Positions 47,250-62,202 of a stretch of DNA of 64,000 bases are shown here, in pieces; within the stretch, counting starts at the first letter, position 1; each line of letters opens with the position of its first letter. This DNA is from Heptranchias perlo (lineage: Eukaryota), in contig NW_027139969.1 in assembly GCF_035084215.1 (NCBI RefSeq), positions 1 to 64,000 on the forward strand, given 5' to 3'. Position numbers and translations under genes: made by a program. Under the pieces are notes generated by a model. The model saw only the letters and a list, made by a program, of their open reading frames with translations, did no database searches and was not told where the DNA came from.

Positions 47250-49063
47250 ACTGAACAGTGATCAGGAGCAGGAACCCTGGCTGATTCCTCTCCCTAACCC
47301 AGGGGTCAGTGGGCAGTGATCGGGAGCAGGAACCCTGGCTGATTTCCCCCCCTCTCTCCCTAACCCAGGGGTCAGTGGGCAGTGATCGGGAGAAGGAACC
47401 CTGGCTGATTCCCCCCTCTCTCCCTAACCCAGGGGGTCAGTGGGCAGTGATCGGAAGCAGGAACCCTGGCTGATTCCCCCTCTCTCCCTAACCCAGGGGG
47501 TCAGTGGGCAGTGATCGGGAGCAGGAACCCTGGCTGATTCCCCTCTCTCCCTAACCCAGGGGGTCAGTGGGCAGTGATCGGGAGCAGGAACCCTGGCTGA
47601 TTCCCCTCTCTCCCTAACCCAGGGGGTCAGTGGACAGTGATCAGGAGCAGGAACCCTGGCTGATTCCCCTCTCTCCCTAACCCAGGGGGTCAGTGGACAG
47701 TGATCGGGAGCAGGAACCCTGGCTGATTCCCCTCTCTCCCTAACCCAGGGGTCAGTGGGCAGTGATCGGGAGCAGGAACCCTGGCTGATTTCCCCCCTTC
47801 TCTCCCTAACCCAGGGGGTCAGTGGGCAGTGATCGGGAGCAGGAACCCTGGCTGATTCCCCCCTTTCTCCCTAACCCAGGGGTCAGTGGGCAGTGATCGG
47901 GAGCAGGAACCCTGGCTGATTTCCCCCCTTCTCTCCCTAACCCAGGGGGTCAGTGGGCAGTGATCGGGAGCAGGAACCCTGGCTGATTCCCCCCTCTCTC
48001 CCTAACCCAGGGGGTCAGTGGGCAGTGATCGGGAGCAGGAACCCTGGCTGATTCCCCCCTCTCTCCCTAACCCAGGGGTCAGTGGGCAGCGATCGGGAGC
48101 AGGAACCCTGGCTGATTTCCCCCGTCTCTCCCTAACCCAGGGATCAGTGGACAGTGATCGGGAGCAGGAACCCTGGCTGATTTCCCCCCTCTCTCCCTAA
48201 CCCAGGGGTCAGTGGGCAGTGATCGGGAGCAGGAACCCTGGCTGATTTCCCCCCCTCTCCCTAACCCAGGGGTCAGTGGACAGTGATCGGGAGCAGGAAC
48301 CCTGGCTGATTTCCCCCTCTCTCCCTAACCCAGGGGGTCAGTGGGCAGTGATCGGGAGCAGGAACCCTGGCTGATTTCCCCCCCTCTCTCCCTAACCCAG
48401 GGGGTCAGTGGGCAGTGATCGGGAGCAGGAACCCTGGCTGATTTCCCCCCCTCTCTCCCTAACCCAGGGGGTCAGTGGGCAGCGATCGGGAGCAGGAACC
48501 CTGGCTGATTTCCCCCCCTCTCTCCCTAACCCAGGGGGTCAGTGGGCAGCGATCGGGAGCAGGAACCCTGGCTGATTTCCCCCCCTCTCTCCCTAACCCA
48601 GGGGGTCAGTGGGCAGCGATCGGGAGCAGGAACCCTGGCTGATTTCCCCCCCTCTCTCCCTAACCCAGGGGGTCAGTGGACAGTGATCAGGAGCAGGAAC
48701 CCTGGCTGATTTCCCCCCCTCTCTCCCTAACCCAGGGGGTCAGTGGGCAGCGATCGGGAGCAGGAACCCTGGCTGATTTCCCCCCCTCTCTCCCTAACCC
48801 AGGGGGTCAGTGGGCAGCGATCGGGAGCAGGAACCCTGGCTGATTCCCCCCTCTCTCTAACCCAGGGGGTCAGTGGGCAGTGATCGGGAGCAGGAACCCT
48901 GGCTGATTTCCCCCCCTCTCTCCCTAACCCAGGGGGTCAGTGGGCAGCGATCGGGAGCAGGAACCCTGGCTGATTTCCCCCCTCTCTCCCTAACCCAGGG
49001 GGTCAGTGGGCAGCGATCGGGAGCAGGAACCCTGGCTGATTTCCCCCCCTCTCTCCCTAAACC
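47250..49063. repeat. About 65-bp minisatellite
   Basis: CCTAACCCAGGGGGTCAGTGGGCAGTGATCGGGAGCAGGAACCCTGGCTGATTTCCCCCCTCTCTC-type unit, roughly 27-28 copies. Confidence 0.95.
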
Positions 49064-49133
49064 AGGCTCCATCTTGACGTCGATGGGCAGAGAGGTTGGC
49101 AGTGCCATGCTGCAAACAGGCACGGATACTCAC

Positions 49134-49200
49134 AGCCTGAGCCGGCGAGTTCAGGCTCCGCAGGAGGATCAGAAGCCGGGGAGTTATAAGCAAGCGTTTA
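49134..49200 (-). other. Candidate non-coding first exon of the B3GNT-like gene
   Basis: Unique CpG-containing island between repeats, strong minus-strand donor gtgagtat (49126-49133), TTATAA/TTTAAA just upstream. Confidence 0.35.
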
Positions 49201-49356
49201 AATGAAGATTAGGAGAGTTAAGGGGGTCTTTGGGGGGCAACGAAAAGGCCTGAGCAACCTCCACCACCTGCCGCAGGCCGCCCGAGAGGCTGCCCATTGC
49301 GCCCCCTGGCGCACGGGAGGAGGAACTGCACGCGGAGGAGGACCTGCTGCTGCTCC

Positions 49357-49823
49357 CCGTGGCTCAGTGGGTCTCTCTCTCCCTCTCTCTCTCTCTCGCC
49401 TCTGAGTCGGAAGGTCGTGGGTTCGAGCCCCCACTCCAGAGACTCGAGCCCCGTAATCCAGGCCGACACTCCCCAGTGCCGGTGCTGAGGGAGTGCCGCG
49501 CTGTCGGAGGTGCCGTCTTTCGGGTGAGGCCCCTCGGGTGGACGTAAAAGGACCGCCTGCCGCTATTGGAAGAAGAGCAGGGGGGAGTTCTCCCCGGCGT
49601 CCTGGAGCCCAATATTTATCCCTCAACCAACATCACTAAAAAAAAAACCGGACGATCTGGTTATCATCACATTGCTGTTTGTGGGATCTTGCTGTGCGCA
49701 AATCGGCTGCTGCGTTTCCTACATCACAACAGTGACTACACTTCAAAAAGAAAAGTACTTCATTGGCTGTAAAGCTCTTTGGGACATCCTGAGGTGGTGA
49801 AAGGTGCTATATAAATGCAAGTT
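49357..49823 (+). mobile_element. DeuSINE, near full length
   Basis: TGGCTCAGTGG A box, GGTTCGAGCCC B box, Deu domain, L2 tail. Confidence 0.85.
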
Positions 49824-50297
49824 GCTCCTTTGGGATGTTAACACAATCTGTCCCCACAAGCTGTTTCTCTCCCCGATCACACATTTTAAAATGTTGATTT
49901 TTCTACAGTCTCAGCTATTTTTATTCCTCCTCTCTGGTTGTAAAAATCGAAGGAATGAGCAGCAAACTCACTGTAATGTAGAACAAAAAAAATAAATACG
50001 ATTTGCTCCCCTTTGTGGGCGAACCCCTTTGTGTTTCAATCGGCTCTGTTGTCTGGGCACACGTCAATCAATCTCTCCCCGAACACCTTCCCCCCCCCTC
50101 TGCTGATTGGGCACTTTGTAAGAATTCACACAATCTGCCCTCTCTCCACTACCCCCCCCTCCGCCATTACCCCACATTTTTAATGTTTGGTTCGTTTTAA
50201 TTTTATGTTGTACTAAAAACTGTACCCGGTCACTGAACTTTTGCCTATTTATTAGAACTCTTGTGTTTATTCCCCCCGCCGGCAATTAGACACAAAC

Positions 50298-50826
50298 ACA
50301 AAAGTGTGATGGAATACTCTCCACTTGCCTGGATGAGTGCAGCTCCAACAACACTCAAGAAGCTCGACACCATCCAGGACAAAGCAGCCCGCTCCATCGG
50401 CACCCCATCCACCACCCTAAACATTCACTCCCTTCACCACCGGCGCACTGTGGCTGCAGTGTGTACCATCCACAGGATGCACTGCAGCAACTCGCCAAGG
50501 CTTCTTCGACAGCACCTCCCAAACCCATGACCTCTACCACCTAGAAGGACAAGGGCAGCAGGCACATGGGAACAACACCACCTGCACGTTACCCTCCAAG
50601 TCACACACCATCCCGACTTGGAAATAAATCGCCGTTCCTTCATCGTCGCTGGGTCAAAATCCTGGAACTCCCTTCCTAACAGCACTGTGGGAGAACCTTC
50701 ACCACACGGACTGCAGCGGTTCAAGAAGGCGGCTCACCACCACCTTCTCATGGGGCAATTAGGGATGGGCAATAAATGCCGGCCTCGCCAGCGACGCCCA
50801 CATCCCATGAACGAATAAAAAAAAAA
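50298..50826 (+). mobile_element. LINE 3' fragment (second family, CR1/Jockey group)
   Basis: SVMEYSPLAWMSAAPTTLKKLDTIQDKAARSIG..., SKSWNSLPNS, stem-loop tail, poly(A). Confidence 0.88.
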
Positions 50827-51005
50827 CTGACCAGAGCAGGAATAAAGCTGAATTAAAAATCAAAGCATATTTCACTTTCAAACTGCAATTACTTTAGAGT
50901 CGGATTAAATCCTCCAGCTGAACCTTTAAAATTTATTCATCAGACACCCACAACAAAGGAATCCGGACTAAAATCGCCCTGGGAATAGAGATTTGTAAAT
51001 TCACA

Positions 51006-54000
51006 CCCCACTAATGACCCATGTACCCCTCTAATGGCCCATGTACCCCTCTAATGGCCCATGTAACCTACTAATGACCCATGTACCTCTCTAATGACCC
51101 ATGTACCCATCTAATGGCCCATGTACCTCTCCAATGACCCATATACCCCTCTAATGACCCATATACCCCTCTAATGACCCATGTACCCCTCTGATGAGCC
51201 ATGTACCCCTCTAATGACCCATGTACCCCTCTAATGGCCCATGTACCCCACTAATGACCCATGTGCCCCTCTAATGGCCCATGTACCCCTCTAATGGCCC
51301 ATGTACCCCTCTAACGGCCCATGTACCCCATTAATGACCCATGTACCCCTCTAATGACCCATGTACCCCTCTAATGACCCATGAACCCCACTAATGGCCC
51401 ATGTACCCCTCTAATGGCCCATGTACCCCACTAATGACCCATGTACCCCTCTAATGACCCATGTACCCCTCTAATGACCCGTGTACCACTCTAATGGCCC
51501 ATGTGGCCCTCTAATGGCCCATGTACCCCTCTAATGACCCATGAACCCAACTAATGACCCATGTACCCCTCTAATGACCCATGTACCCCTCTAATGGCCC
51601 ATGTACCCCTCTAATGGCACATGTACCCCACTAAAGACCCATGTACCCCTCTAATGACCCATGTACCTCTCTAATGGCCCATGTACCCCTCTAATGACCC
51701 ATGTACCCCTCTAATGACCCATGTACCCCACTAATGACCCATGCACCCCTCTAATGGCCCATGTACCTCTCCGATGACACATATACCCCTCTAATGACCC
51801 TTGTACCCCTCTGATGAGCCATGTACCCCTCTAATGGCCCATGTACCCCTCTAATGGCCCATGTACCCCTCTAATGGCCCATGTACCCCTCTAATGGCCC
51901 ATGTACCCCACTAATGGCCCATGTACCTCTCTAATGACCCATGTACCCCACTAATGACCCATGTACCCCTCTAATGGCCCATGTACCCCACTAATGACCC
52001 ATGTGCCCCACCAATGACCCATGTACCCCTCTAATGGCCCACGTACCCCACTAATGACCCATCTACCCCACTAATGACCCATCTACCCCACTAATGGCCC
52101 ATGTTCCCCACTAATGACCCATGTACCCCACTAATGACCCATGTACCCCTCTAATGACCCATGTACCCCTCTAATGACCCATGAACCCCACTAATGGCCC
52201 ATGTACCCCTCTAATGGCCCATGTACCCCACTAATGACCCATGTACCCCTCTAATGACCCATGTACCCCTCTAATGACCCGTGTACCACTCTAATGGCCA
52301 ATGTGGCCCTCTAATGGCCCATGTACCCCTCTAATGACCCATGAACCCCACTAATGACCCATGTACCCCTCTAATGACCCATGTACCCCTCCAATGGCCC
52401 ATGTACCCCTCTAATGGCCCATGTACCCCACTAAAGACCCATGTACCCCTCTAATGACCCATGTACCCCTCTAATGACCCATGAACCCCAATAATGACCC
52501 ATGTACCCCTCTAATGGCCCATGTACCCCACTAATGACCCATGTACCCCTCTAATGACCCATGTACCCCTCTAATGACCCATGTACCCCTCTAATGACCC
52601 GTGTACCACTCTAATGGCCCATGTGGCCCTCTAATGGCCCATGTACCCCACTAATGACCCATGAACCCCACTAATGACCCATGTACCCCTCTAATGACCC
52701 ATGTACCCTCTAATGGCCCATGTACGCCTCTAATGGCCCATGTACCCCTCTAATGGCCCATGTACCCCACTAAAGACCCATGTACCCCTCTAATGGCCCA
52801 TGTACCCCACTAATGACCCATGTACCCCTCTAATGACCTATGTACCCCACTAATGACCCATGTACCCCACTAATGACCCATGTACCTCTCTAATGACCCA
52901 TGTACCCCTCTAATGACCCATGAACGCCACTAATGACCCATGTACCCCACTAATGGCCCGTGTACCCCACTAATGACCCGTGTACCCCTCTAATGACCCG
53001 TGTACCACTCTAATGGCCCATGTGGCCCTCTAATGGCCCAAGTACCCCTCTAATGACCCATGAACCCCACTAATGACCCATGTACCCCTCTAATGACCCA
53101 TGTACCCCTCTAATGACCCATGTGGCCCTCTAATGACCCATGTACCCCTCTAATGACCCATGAACCCCACTAATGACCCATGTACCCCTCTAATGGCCCA
53201 TGATCCCCTCTAATGACCCATGTACCCCTCTAATGACCCATGTACCCCTCTAATGGCCCATGTACCCCACTAATGACCCATGTACCCCTCTAATGACCCA
53301 TGTGGCCCTCTAATGACCCATGTACCCCTCTAATGACCCATGAACCCCACTAATGACCCATGTACCTCTCTAATGACCCATGTACCCCACTAATGACCCG
53401 TGTACCCCACTAATGACCCATGTACCCCTCTAATGACACATGTACCCCTCTAATGACCCATGTACCCCTCTAATGACCCATGTATCCCTCTAATGGCCCA
53501 TGTACCCCTCTAATGGCCCATGTACCCCTCTAATGACCCATGTGGCCCTCTAATGGCCCATGTACCCCACTAATGACCCATGTACCTCTCTAATGACCCA
53601 TGTACCCCTCTAATGACCCATGTACCCCACTAATGACCCATGTACCCTTCTAATGACCCATGTATCCCACTAATGACCCATGTACCCCTCTAATGACCCA
53701 TGTACCCTCTAATGGCCCATGTACGCCTCTAATGGCCCATGTACCCCTCTAATGGCCCATGTACCCCACTAAAGACCCATGTACCCCTCTAATGGCCCAT
53801 GTACCCCACTAATGACCCATGTACCCCTCTAATGACCTATGTACCCCACTAATGACCCATGTACCCCACTAATGACCCATGTACCTCTCTAATGACCCAT
53901 GTACCCCTCTAATGTCCCATGAACGCCACTAATGATCCATGTACCCCACTAATGGCCCGTGTACCCCACTAATGACCCGTGTACCCCTCTAATGACCCGT

Positions 54001-57000
54001 GTACCACTCTAATGGCCCATGTGGCCCTCTAATGGCCCAAGTACCCCTCTAATGACCCATGAACCCCACTAATGACCCATGTACCCCTCTAATGACCCAT
54101 GTACCCCTCTAATGACCCATGTGGCCCTCTAATGACCCATGTACCCCTCTAATGACCCATGAACCCCACTAATGACCCATGTACCCCTCTAATGGCCCAT
54201 GATCCCCTCTAATGACCCATGTACCCCTCTAATGACCCATGTACCCCTCTAATGGCCCATGTACCCCACTAATGACCCATGTACCCCACTAATGACCCGT
54301 GTACCCCACTAATGACCCATGTACCCCTCTAATGACACATGTACCCCTCTAATGACCCATGTACCCCTCTAATGACCCATGTATCCCTCTAATGGCCCAT
54401 GTACCCCTCTAATGGCCCATGTACCCCTCTAATGGCCCATGTACCTCTCTAATGACCCATGTACCCCACTAATGACCCGTGTACCCCACTAATGACCCAT
54501 GTACCCCTCTAATGACACATGTACCCCTCTAATGACCCATGTACCCCTCTAATGACCCATGTATCCCTCTAATGGCCCATGTACCCCTCTAATGGCCCAT
54601 GTACCCCTCTAATGACCCATGTGGCCCTCTAATGGCCCATGTACCCCACTAATGACCCATGTACCTCTCTAATGACCCATGTACCCCTCTAATGACCCAT
54701 GTACACCTCTAATGACCCATGTACCCCTCTAATGACCCATGTACCCCACTAATGACCCATGTACCCTTCTAATGACCCATGTATCCCTCTAATGACCCAT
54801 GTGGCCCACTAATGACCCATGTACCCCTCTAATGGCCCATGTACCCCTCTAATGGCCCATGTACCCCTCTATTGGCCCATGTACCCCTCTAATGGGGACC
54901 ATGTACCCCTCTAATGACCCATGTACCCCTCCAATGGCCCACGTATCCCTCTAATGGCCCATGTACCCCTCTAATGGCCCATGTACCCCACTAATGACCC
55001 ATCTACCCCAGTAATGGCCCATCCACCCCACTAATGGCCCATGTACCCCTCTAATGGCCCATGTACCACACTAATGACCCATGTACCCCACTAATGACCC
55101 ATCTTCCCCAGTAATGGCCCATCCACCCCACTAATGGCCTATGTACCCCTCGAATGGCCCATGTACCCCACTAATGACCCATGTACCCCACTAATGGCCC
55201 ATGTACCCCACTAATGACCCATGTACCCCTCTAATGGCCCATGTACCCCACTAATGACCCATGTGCCCCTCTAATGGCCCATGTACCCCTCTAATGGCCC
55301 ATGTACCCCTCTAATGGCCAATGTACCCCTCTAATGAGCCATGTACCCCTCTAATGGCCCATGTACCCCTCTAATGGCCCATGTACCCCACTAATGACCC
55401 ATGTACCCCTCTAATGACCCATGTACCCCTCTAATGACCCATGAACCCCACTAATGGCCCATGTACCCCTCTAATGGCCCATGTACCCCACTAATGACCC
55501 ATGTACCCCTCTAATGACCCATGTACCCCTCTAATGACCCGTGTACCAATCTAATGGCCCATGTACCCCTCTAATGGCCCATGTACCCCACTAATGACCC
55601 ATCTACCCCAGTAATGGCCCATCCACCCCACTAATGGCCCATGTACCCCTCTAATGGCCCATGTACCCCACTAATGACCCATGTACCCCACTAATGACCC
55701 ATCTACCCCAGTAATGGCCCATCCACCCCACTAATGGCCCATGTACCCCTCGAATGGCCCATGTACCCCACTAATGACCCATGTACCCCACTAATGGCCC
55801 ATGTACCCCACTAATAGCCCATGTACCCCACTAATGACCCATGTACACCTCTAATGACCCATGTACCCCACTAATGGCCCATGTACCCCACTAATGGCCC
55901 ATGTACCCCACTAATGACCCATGTACCCCACTAATGGCCCATGTATCCCACTAATGGCCCATCTACCCTACTAATGACCCATCTACCCCACCAATGACCC
56001 ATGTACCCCTCTAATGGCCCATGTACCCCACTAATGACCCATCTACCCCACTAATGACCCATCTACCCCACTAATGGCCCATGTTCCCCACTAATGACCC
56101 ATGTACCCCTCTAATGACCCATGTACCCCTCTAATGACCCATGAACACCACTAATGGCCCATGTACCACTCTAATGGCCTATGTACCCCACTAATGACCC
56201 ATGTACCCCTCTAATGAACCATGTACCCCTCTAATGACCCGTGTACCCCTCTAATGGCCCATGTACCCCTCTAATGGCCCATGTACCCCTCTAATGGCCC
56301 ATGTACCCCACTAAAGACCCATGTACCCCTCTAATGACCCATGTACCCCTCTAATGACCCATGTACCCCACTAATGACCCATGTACCCCTCTAATGGCCC
56401 ATGTACCCAACTAATGACCCATGTACCCCTCTAATGACCCATGTACCCCACTAATGACCCATGTACCCCACTAATGACCCATGTACCTCTCTAATGACCC
56501 ATGTACCCCTCTAATGACCCATGAACGCCACTAATGACCCATGTAACCCTCTAATGGCCCATGCACCCCACTAATGACCCGTGTACCCCTCTAATGACCC
56601 GTGTACCACTCTAATGGCCCATGTGGCCCTCTAATGGCCCATGTACCCCTCTAATGACCCATGAACCCCACTAATGACCCATGTACCCCTCTAATGACCC
56701 ATGTACCCCTCCAATGGCCCATGTACCCCTCCAATGGCCCATGTACCCCTCTAATGGCCCATGTACCCCACTAAAGAACCATGTACCCCTCTAATGACCC
56801 ATGTACCCCTCTAATGACCCATGAACCCCACTAATGACCCATGTACCCCTCTAATGGCCCATGTACCCCACTAATGACCCGTGTACCCCTCTAATGACCC
56901 GTGTACCACTCTAATGGCCCATGTGGCCCTCTAATGGCCCAAGTACCCCTCTAATGACCCATGAACCCCACTAATGACCCATGTACCCCTCTAATGACCC

Positions 57001-60000
57001 ATGTACCCCTCTAATGACCCATGTGGCCCTCTAATGACCCATGTACCCCTCTAATGACCCATGAACCCCACTAATGACCCATGTACCCCTCTAATGGCCC
57101 ATGATCCCCTCTAATGACCCATGTACCCCTCTAATGACCCATGTACCCCTCTAATGACCCATGTGGCCCACTAATGACCCATGTACCCCTCTAATGGCCC
57201 ATGTACCCCTCTAATGGCCCATGTACCCCTCTATTGGCCCATGTACCCCTCTAATGGGGACCATGTACCCCTCTAATGACCCATGTACCCCTCCAATGGC
57301 CCACGTATCCCTCTAATGACCCATGTACCCCTCTAATGGCCCATGTACCCCACTAATGACCCATCTACCCCAGTAATGGCCCATCCACCCCACTAATGGC
57401 CCATGTACCCCTCTAATGGCCCATGTACCCCACTAATGACCCATGTACCCCACTAATGACCCATCTACCCCAGTAATGGCCCATCCACCCCACTAATGGC
57501 CCATGTACCCCTCGAATGGCCCATGTACCCCACTAATGACCCATGTACCCCACTAATGGCCCATGTACCCCACTAATGACCCATGTACCCCTCTAATGGC
57601 CCATGTACCCCACTAATGACCCATGTGCCCCTCTAATGGCCCATGTACCCCTCTAATGGCCCATGTACCCCTCTAATGGCCAATGTACCCCTCTAATGAG
57701 CCATGTACCCCTCTAATGGCCCATGTACCCCTCTAATGGCCCATGTACCCCACTAATGACCCATGTACCCCTCTAATGACCCATGTACCCCTCTAATGAC
57801 CCATGAACCCCACTAATGGCCCATGTACCCCTCTAATGGCCCATGTACCCCACTAATGACCCATGTACCCCTCTAATGACCCATGTACCCCTCTAATGAC
57901 CCGTGTACCACTCTAATGGCCCATGTACCCCTCTAATGGCCCATGTACCCCACTAATGACCCATCCACCCCAGTAATGGCCCATCCACCCCACTAATGGC
58001 CCATGTACCCCTCTAATGGCCCATGTACCCCACTAATGACCCATGTACCCCACTAATGACCCATCTACCCCAGTAATGGCCCATCCACCCCACTAATGGC
58101 CCATGTACCCCTCTAATGACCCATGTACCCCACTAATGACCCATGTACCCCACTAATGACCCATGTACCTCTCTAATGACCCATGTACCCCTCTAATGAC
58201 CCATGAACGCCACTAATGACCCATGTAACCCTCTAATGGCCCATGTACCCCACTAATGACCCGTGTACCCCTCTAATGACCCGTGTACCACTCTAATGGC
58301 CCATGTGGCCCTCTAATGGCCCATGTACCCCTCTAATGACCCATGAACCCCACTAATGACCCATGTACCCCTCTAATGACCCATGTACCCCTCCAATGGC
58401 CCATGTACCCCTCCAATGGCCCATGTACCCCTCTAATGGCCCATGTACCCCACTAAAGAACCATGTACCCCTCTAATGACCCATGTACCCCTCTAATGAC
58501 CCATGAACCCCACTAATGACCCATGTACCCCTCTAATGGCCCATGTACCCCACTAATGACCCGTGTACCCCTCTAATGACCCGTGTACCACTCTAATGGC
58601 CCATGTGGCCCTCTAATGGCCCAAGTACCCCTCTAATGACCCATGAACCCCACTAATGACCCATGTACCCCTCTAATGACCCATGTACCCCTCTAATGAC
58701 CCATGTGGCCCTCTAATGACCCATGTACCCCTCTAATGACCCATGAACCCCACTAATGACCCATGTACCCCTCTAATGGCCCATGATCCCCTCTAATGAC
58801 CCATGTACCCCTCTAATGACCCATGTACCCCTCTAATGACCCATGTGGCCCTCTAATGGCCCAAGTACCCCTCTAATGACCCATGAACCCCACTAATGAC
58901 CCATGTACCCCTCTAATGACCCATGTACCCCTCTAATGACCCATGTGGCCCTCTAATGACCCATGTACCCCTCTAATGACCCATGAACCCCACTAATGAC
59001 CCATGTACCCCTCTAATGGCCCATGATCCCCTCTAATGACCCATGTACCCCTCTAATGACCCATGTACCCCTCTAATGACCCATGTGGCCCTCTAATGGC
59101 CCATGTACCCCACTAATGACACATGTACCCCTCTAATGACCCATGTGGCCCTCTAATGACCCATGTACCCCTCTAATGACCCATGAACCCCACTAATGAC
59201 CCATGTACCTCTCTAATGACCCATGTACCCCACTAATGACCTGTGTACCCCACTAATGACCCATGTACCCCTCTAATGACACATGTACCCCTCTAATGAC
59301 CCATGAACCCCTCTAATGGCCCATGTACCCCTCTAATGGCCCATGTACCCCTCTAATGGCCCATGTACCCCTCTAATGACCCATGTGGCCCTCTAATGGC
59401 CCATGTACCCCACTAATGACCCATGTACCTCTCTAATGACCCATGTACCCCTCTAATGACCCATGTACCCCTCTAATGACCCATGTACCCCTCTAATGAC
59501 CCATGTACCCCACTAATGACCCATGTACCCTTCTAATGACCCATGTACCCCTCTAATGACGCATGTGGCCCACTAATGACCCATGTACCCCTCTAATGGC
59601 CCATGTACCCCTCTAATGGCCCATGTACCCCTCTATTGGCCCATGTACCCCTCTAATGGGGACCATGTACCCCTCTAATGACCCATGTACCCCTCCAATG
59701 GCCCACGTATCCCTCTAATGGCCCATGTACCCCTCTAATGGCCCATGTACCCCACTAATGACCCATCTACCCCAGTAATGGCCCATCCACCCCACTAATG
59801 GCCCATGTACCCCTCTAATGGCCCATGTACCCCACTAATGACCCATGTACCCCACTAATGACCCATCTACCCCAGTAATGGCCCATCCACCCCACTAATG
59901 GCCCATGTACCCCTCGAATGGCCCATGTACCCCACTAATGACCCATGTACCCCACTAATGGCCCATGTACCCCACTAATGACCCATGTACCCCTCTAATG

Positions 60001-61815
60001 GCCCATGTACCCCACTAATGACCCATGTGCCCCTCTAATGGCCCATGTACCCCTCTAATGGCCCATGTACCCCTCTAATGGCCAATGTACCCCTCTAATG
60101 AGCCATGTACCCCTCTAATGGCCCATGTACCCCTCTAATGGCCCATGTACCCCACTAATGACCCACGTACCCCTCTAATGACCCATGTACCCCTCTAATG
60201 ACCCATGAACCCCACTAATGGCCCATGTACCCCTCTAATGGCCCATGTACCCCACTAATGACCCATGTACCCCTCTAATGACCCATGTACCCCTCTAATG
60301 ACCCGTGTACCACTCTAATGGCCCATGTACCCCTCTAATGGCCCATGTACCCCACTAATGACCCATCTACCCCAGTAATGGCCCATCCACCCCACTAATG
60401 GCCCATGTACCCCTCTAATGGCCCATGTACCCCACTAATGACCCATGTACCCCACTAATGACCCATCTACCCCAGTAATGGCCCATCCACCCCACTAATG
60501 GCCCATGTACCCCTCGAATGGCCCATGTACCCCACTAATGACCCATGTACCCCACTAATGGCCCATGTACCCCACTAATAGCCCATGTACCCCACTAATG
60601 ACCCATGTACACCTCTAATGACCCATGTACCCCACTAATGGCCCATGTACCCCACTAATGACCCATGTACCCCACTAATGGCCCATGTATCCCACTAATG
60701 GCCCATGTATCCCACTAATGCCCCATCTACCCTACTAATGACCCATCTACCCCACCAATGACCCATGTACCCCTCTAATGGCCCATGTACCCCACTAATG
60801 ACCCATCTACCCCACTAATGACCCATCTACCCCACTAATGGCCCATGTTCCCCACTAATGACCCATGTACCCCTCTAATGACCCATGTACCCCTCTAATG
60901 ACCCATGAACACCACTAATGGCCCATGTACCACTCTAATGGCCCATGTGGCCCTCTAATGGCCCATGTACCCCTCTAATGACCCATGTACCCCTCTAATG
61001 GCCCATGTACCCCTCTAATGGCCCATGTACCCCACTAAAGACCCATGTACCCCTCTAATGACCCATGTACCCCTCTAATGACCCATGTACCCCTCTAATG
61101 GCCCATGTACCCCACTAATGACCCATGTACCCCTCTAATGACCCATGTACCCCTCTAATGACCCGTGTACCACTCTAATGGCCCATGTGGCCCTCTAATG
61201 GCCCATGTACCCCTCTAATGACCCATGAACCCCACTAATGACCCATGTACCCCTCTAATGACCCATGTACCCCTCTAATGACCCATGTACCCCTCTAATG
61301 GCCCATGTACCCCTCTAATGACACATGTACCCCTCTAATGACCCATGAACCCCTCTAATGGCCCATGTACCCCTCTAATGGCCCATGTACCCCTCTAATG
61401 ACCCATGTACCCCTCTAATGACCCATGGGCCCTCTAATGACCCATGTACCCCTCTAATGACCCATGTACCCCACTAATGACCCATGTACCCCTCTAATGG
61501 CCCATGATCCCCTCTAATGGCCCATGATCCTCTCTAATGACCCATGTACCCCTCTAATGACCCATGTACCCCTCTAATGACCCATGTACCCCTCTAATGA
61601 CCCATGTGGCCCTCTAATGACCCATGTGGCCCTCTAATGGCCCATGTACCCCACTAATGACCCATGTACCCCTCTAATGACCCATGTGGCCCTCTAATGA
61701 CCCATGTACCCCTCTAATGACCCATGTACCCCACTAATGACCCATGTACCCCACTAATGACCCATCTACCCCTCTAATGGCCCATGTTCCCCACTAAAGG
61801 AGACCATGTACCCAA
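51006..61815 (+). repeat. 20-bp satellite array (about 10.8 kb, about 540 units)
   Basis: CTAATGRCCCATGTACCCCW with recurring variant strings. Confidence 0.98.
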
Positions 61816-61894
61816 AGCTCAGCCCCGGGGGGCCCTTTAAGAGGGTGAGGCGGTCCCTTTAACAAGAGCCCACGATGTAACAAATGGAGCGGCG

Positions 61895-61950
61895 CCGTTG
61901 ATTGGTTGCGAGCGAGTAGCGGTTGCCCCGGTAACCGCGGCCCTGGCAAC
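61895..61950 (+). promoter_or_regulatory. Promoter with RFX X-box and inverted CCAAT box
   Basis: GTTGCCCCGGTAAC (61922-61935) fits the X-box consensus GTNRCC(N0-3)RGYAAC; second half-site CTGGCAAC ends 61950; ATTGG at 61901; CpG-rich. Confidence 0.7.
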
Positions 61951-61983
61951 GCCGGGTCGGTGAGTTGCAGTTTCCCGCGCAGC

Positions 61984-62202
61984 ATGTGGCCGCCACACAG
62001 ACAGGCGGTGTTCAGGAACCACTGCGTGAAGCCCGGCCCCAGGACCAGCCCCTGCCCCAGCCCCAGCCCCAGCCCCTGTCCCGGCCCCGGACCCGGACCC
62101 CACCCCCGGGGCAGGGCACGGCTCCGCGGGACCGCCTCCGAGGCATCCCTGCAGGCAGAGCTGATGCGGTATCTCGCCTCCATGTTCGACCTTCAATGCC
62201 AG
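61984..62202 (+). CDS. First coding exon of a probable ciliary/testis gene, possibly TSGA10IP/FAM161 family
   Basis: agcATG MWPPHRQAVFRNHCVKPGP...SLQAELMRYLASMFDLQCQ|gtgagt (219 nt, phase 0) behind the X-box promoter. The family call rests only on recalled resemblance to FAM161 N-termini and on TSGA10IP neighbouring SART1 in human. Confidence 0.55.
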
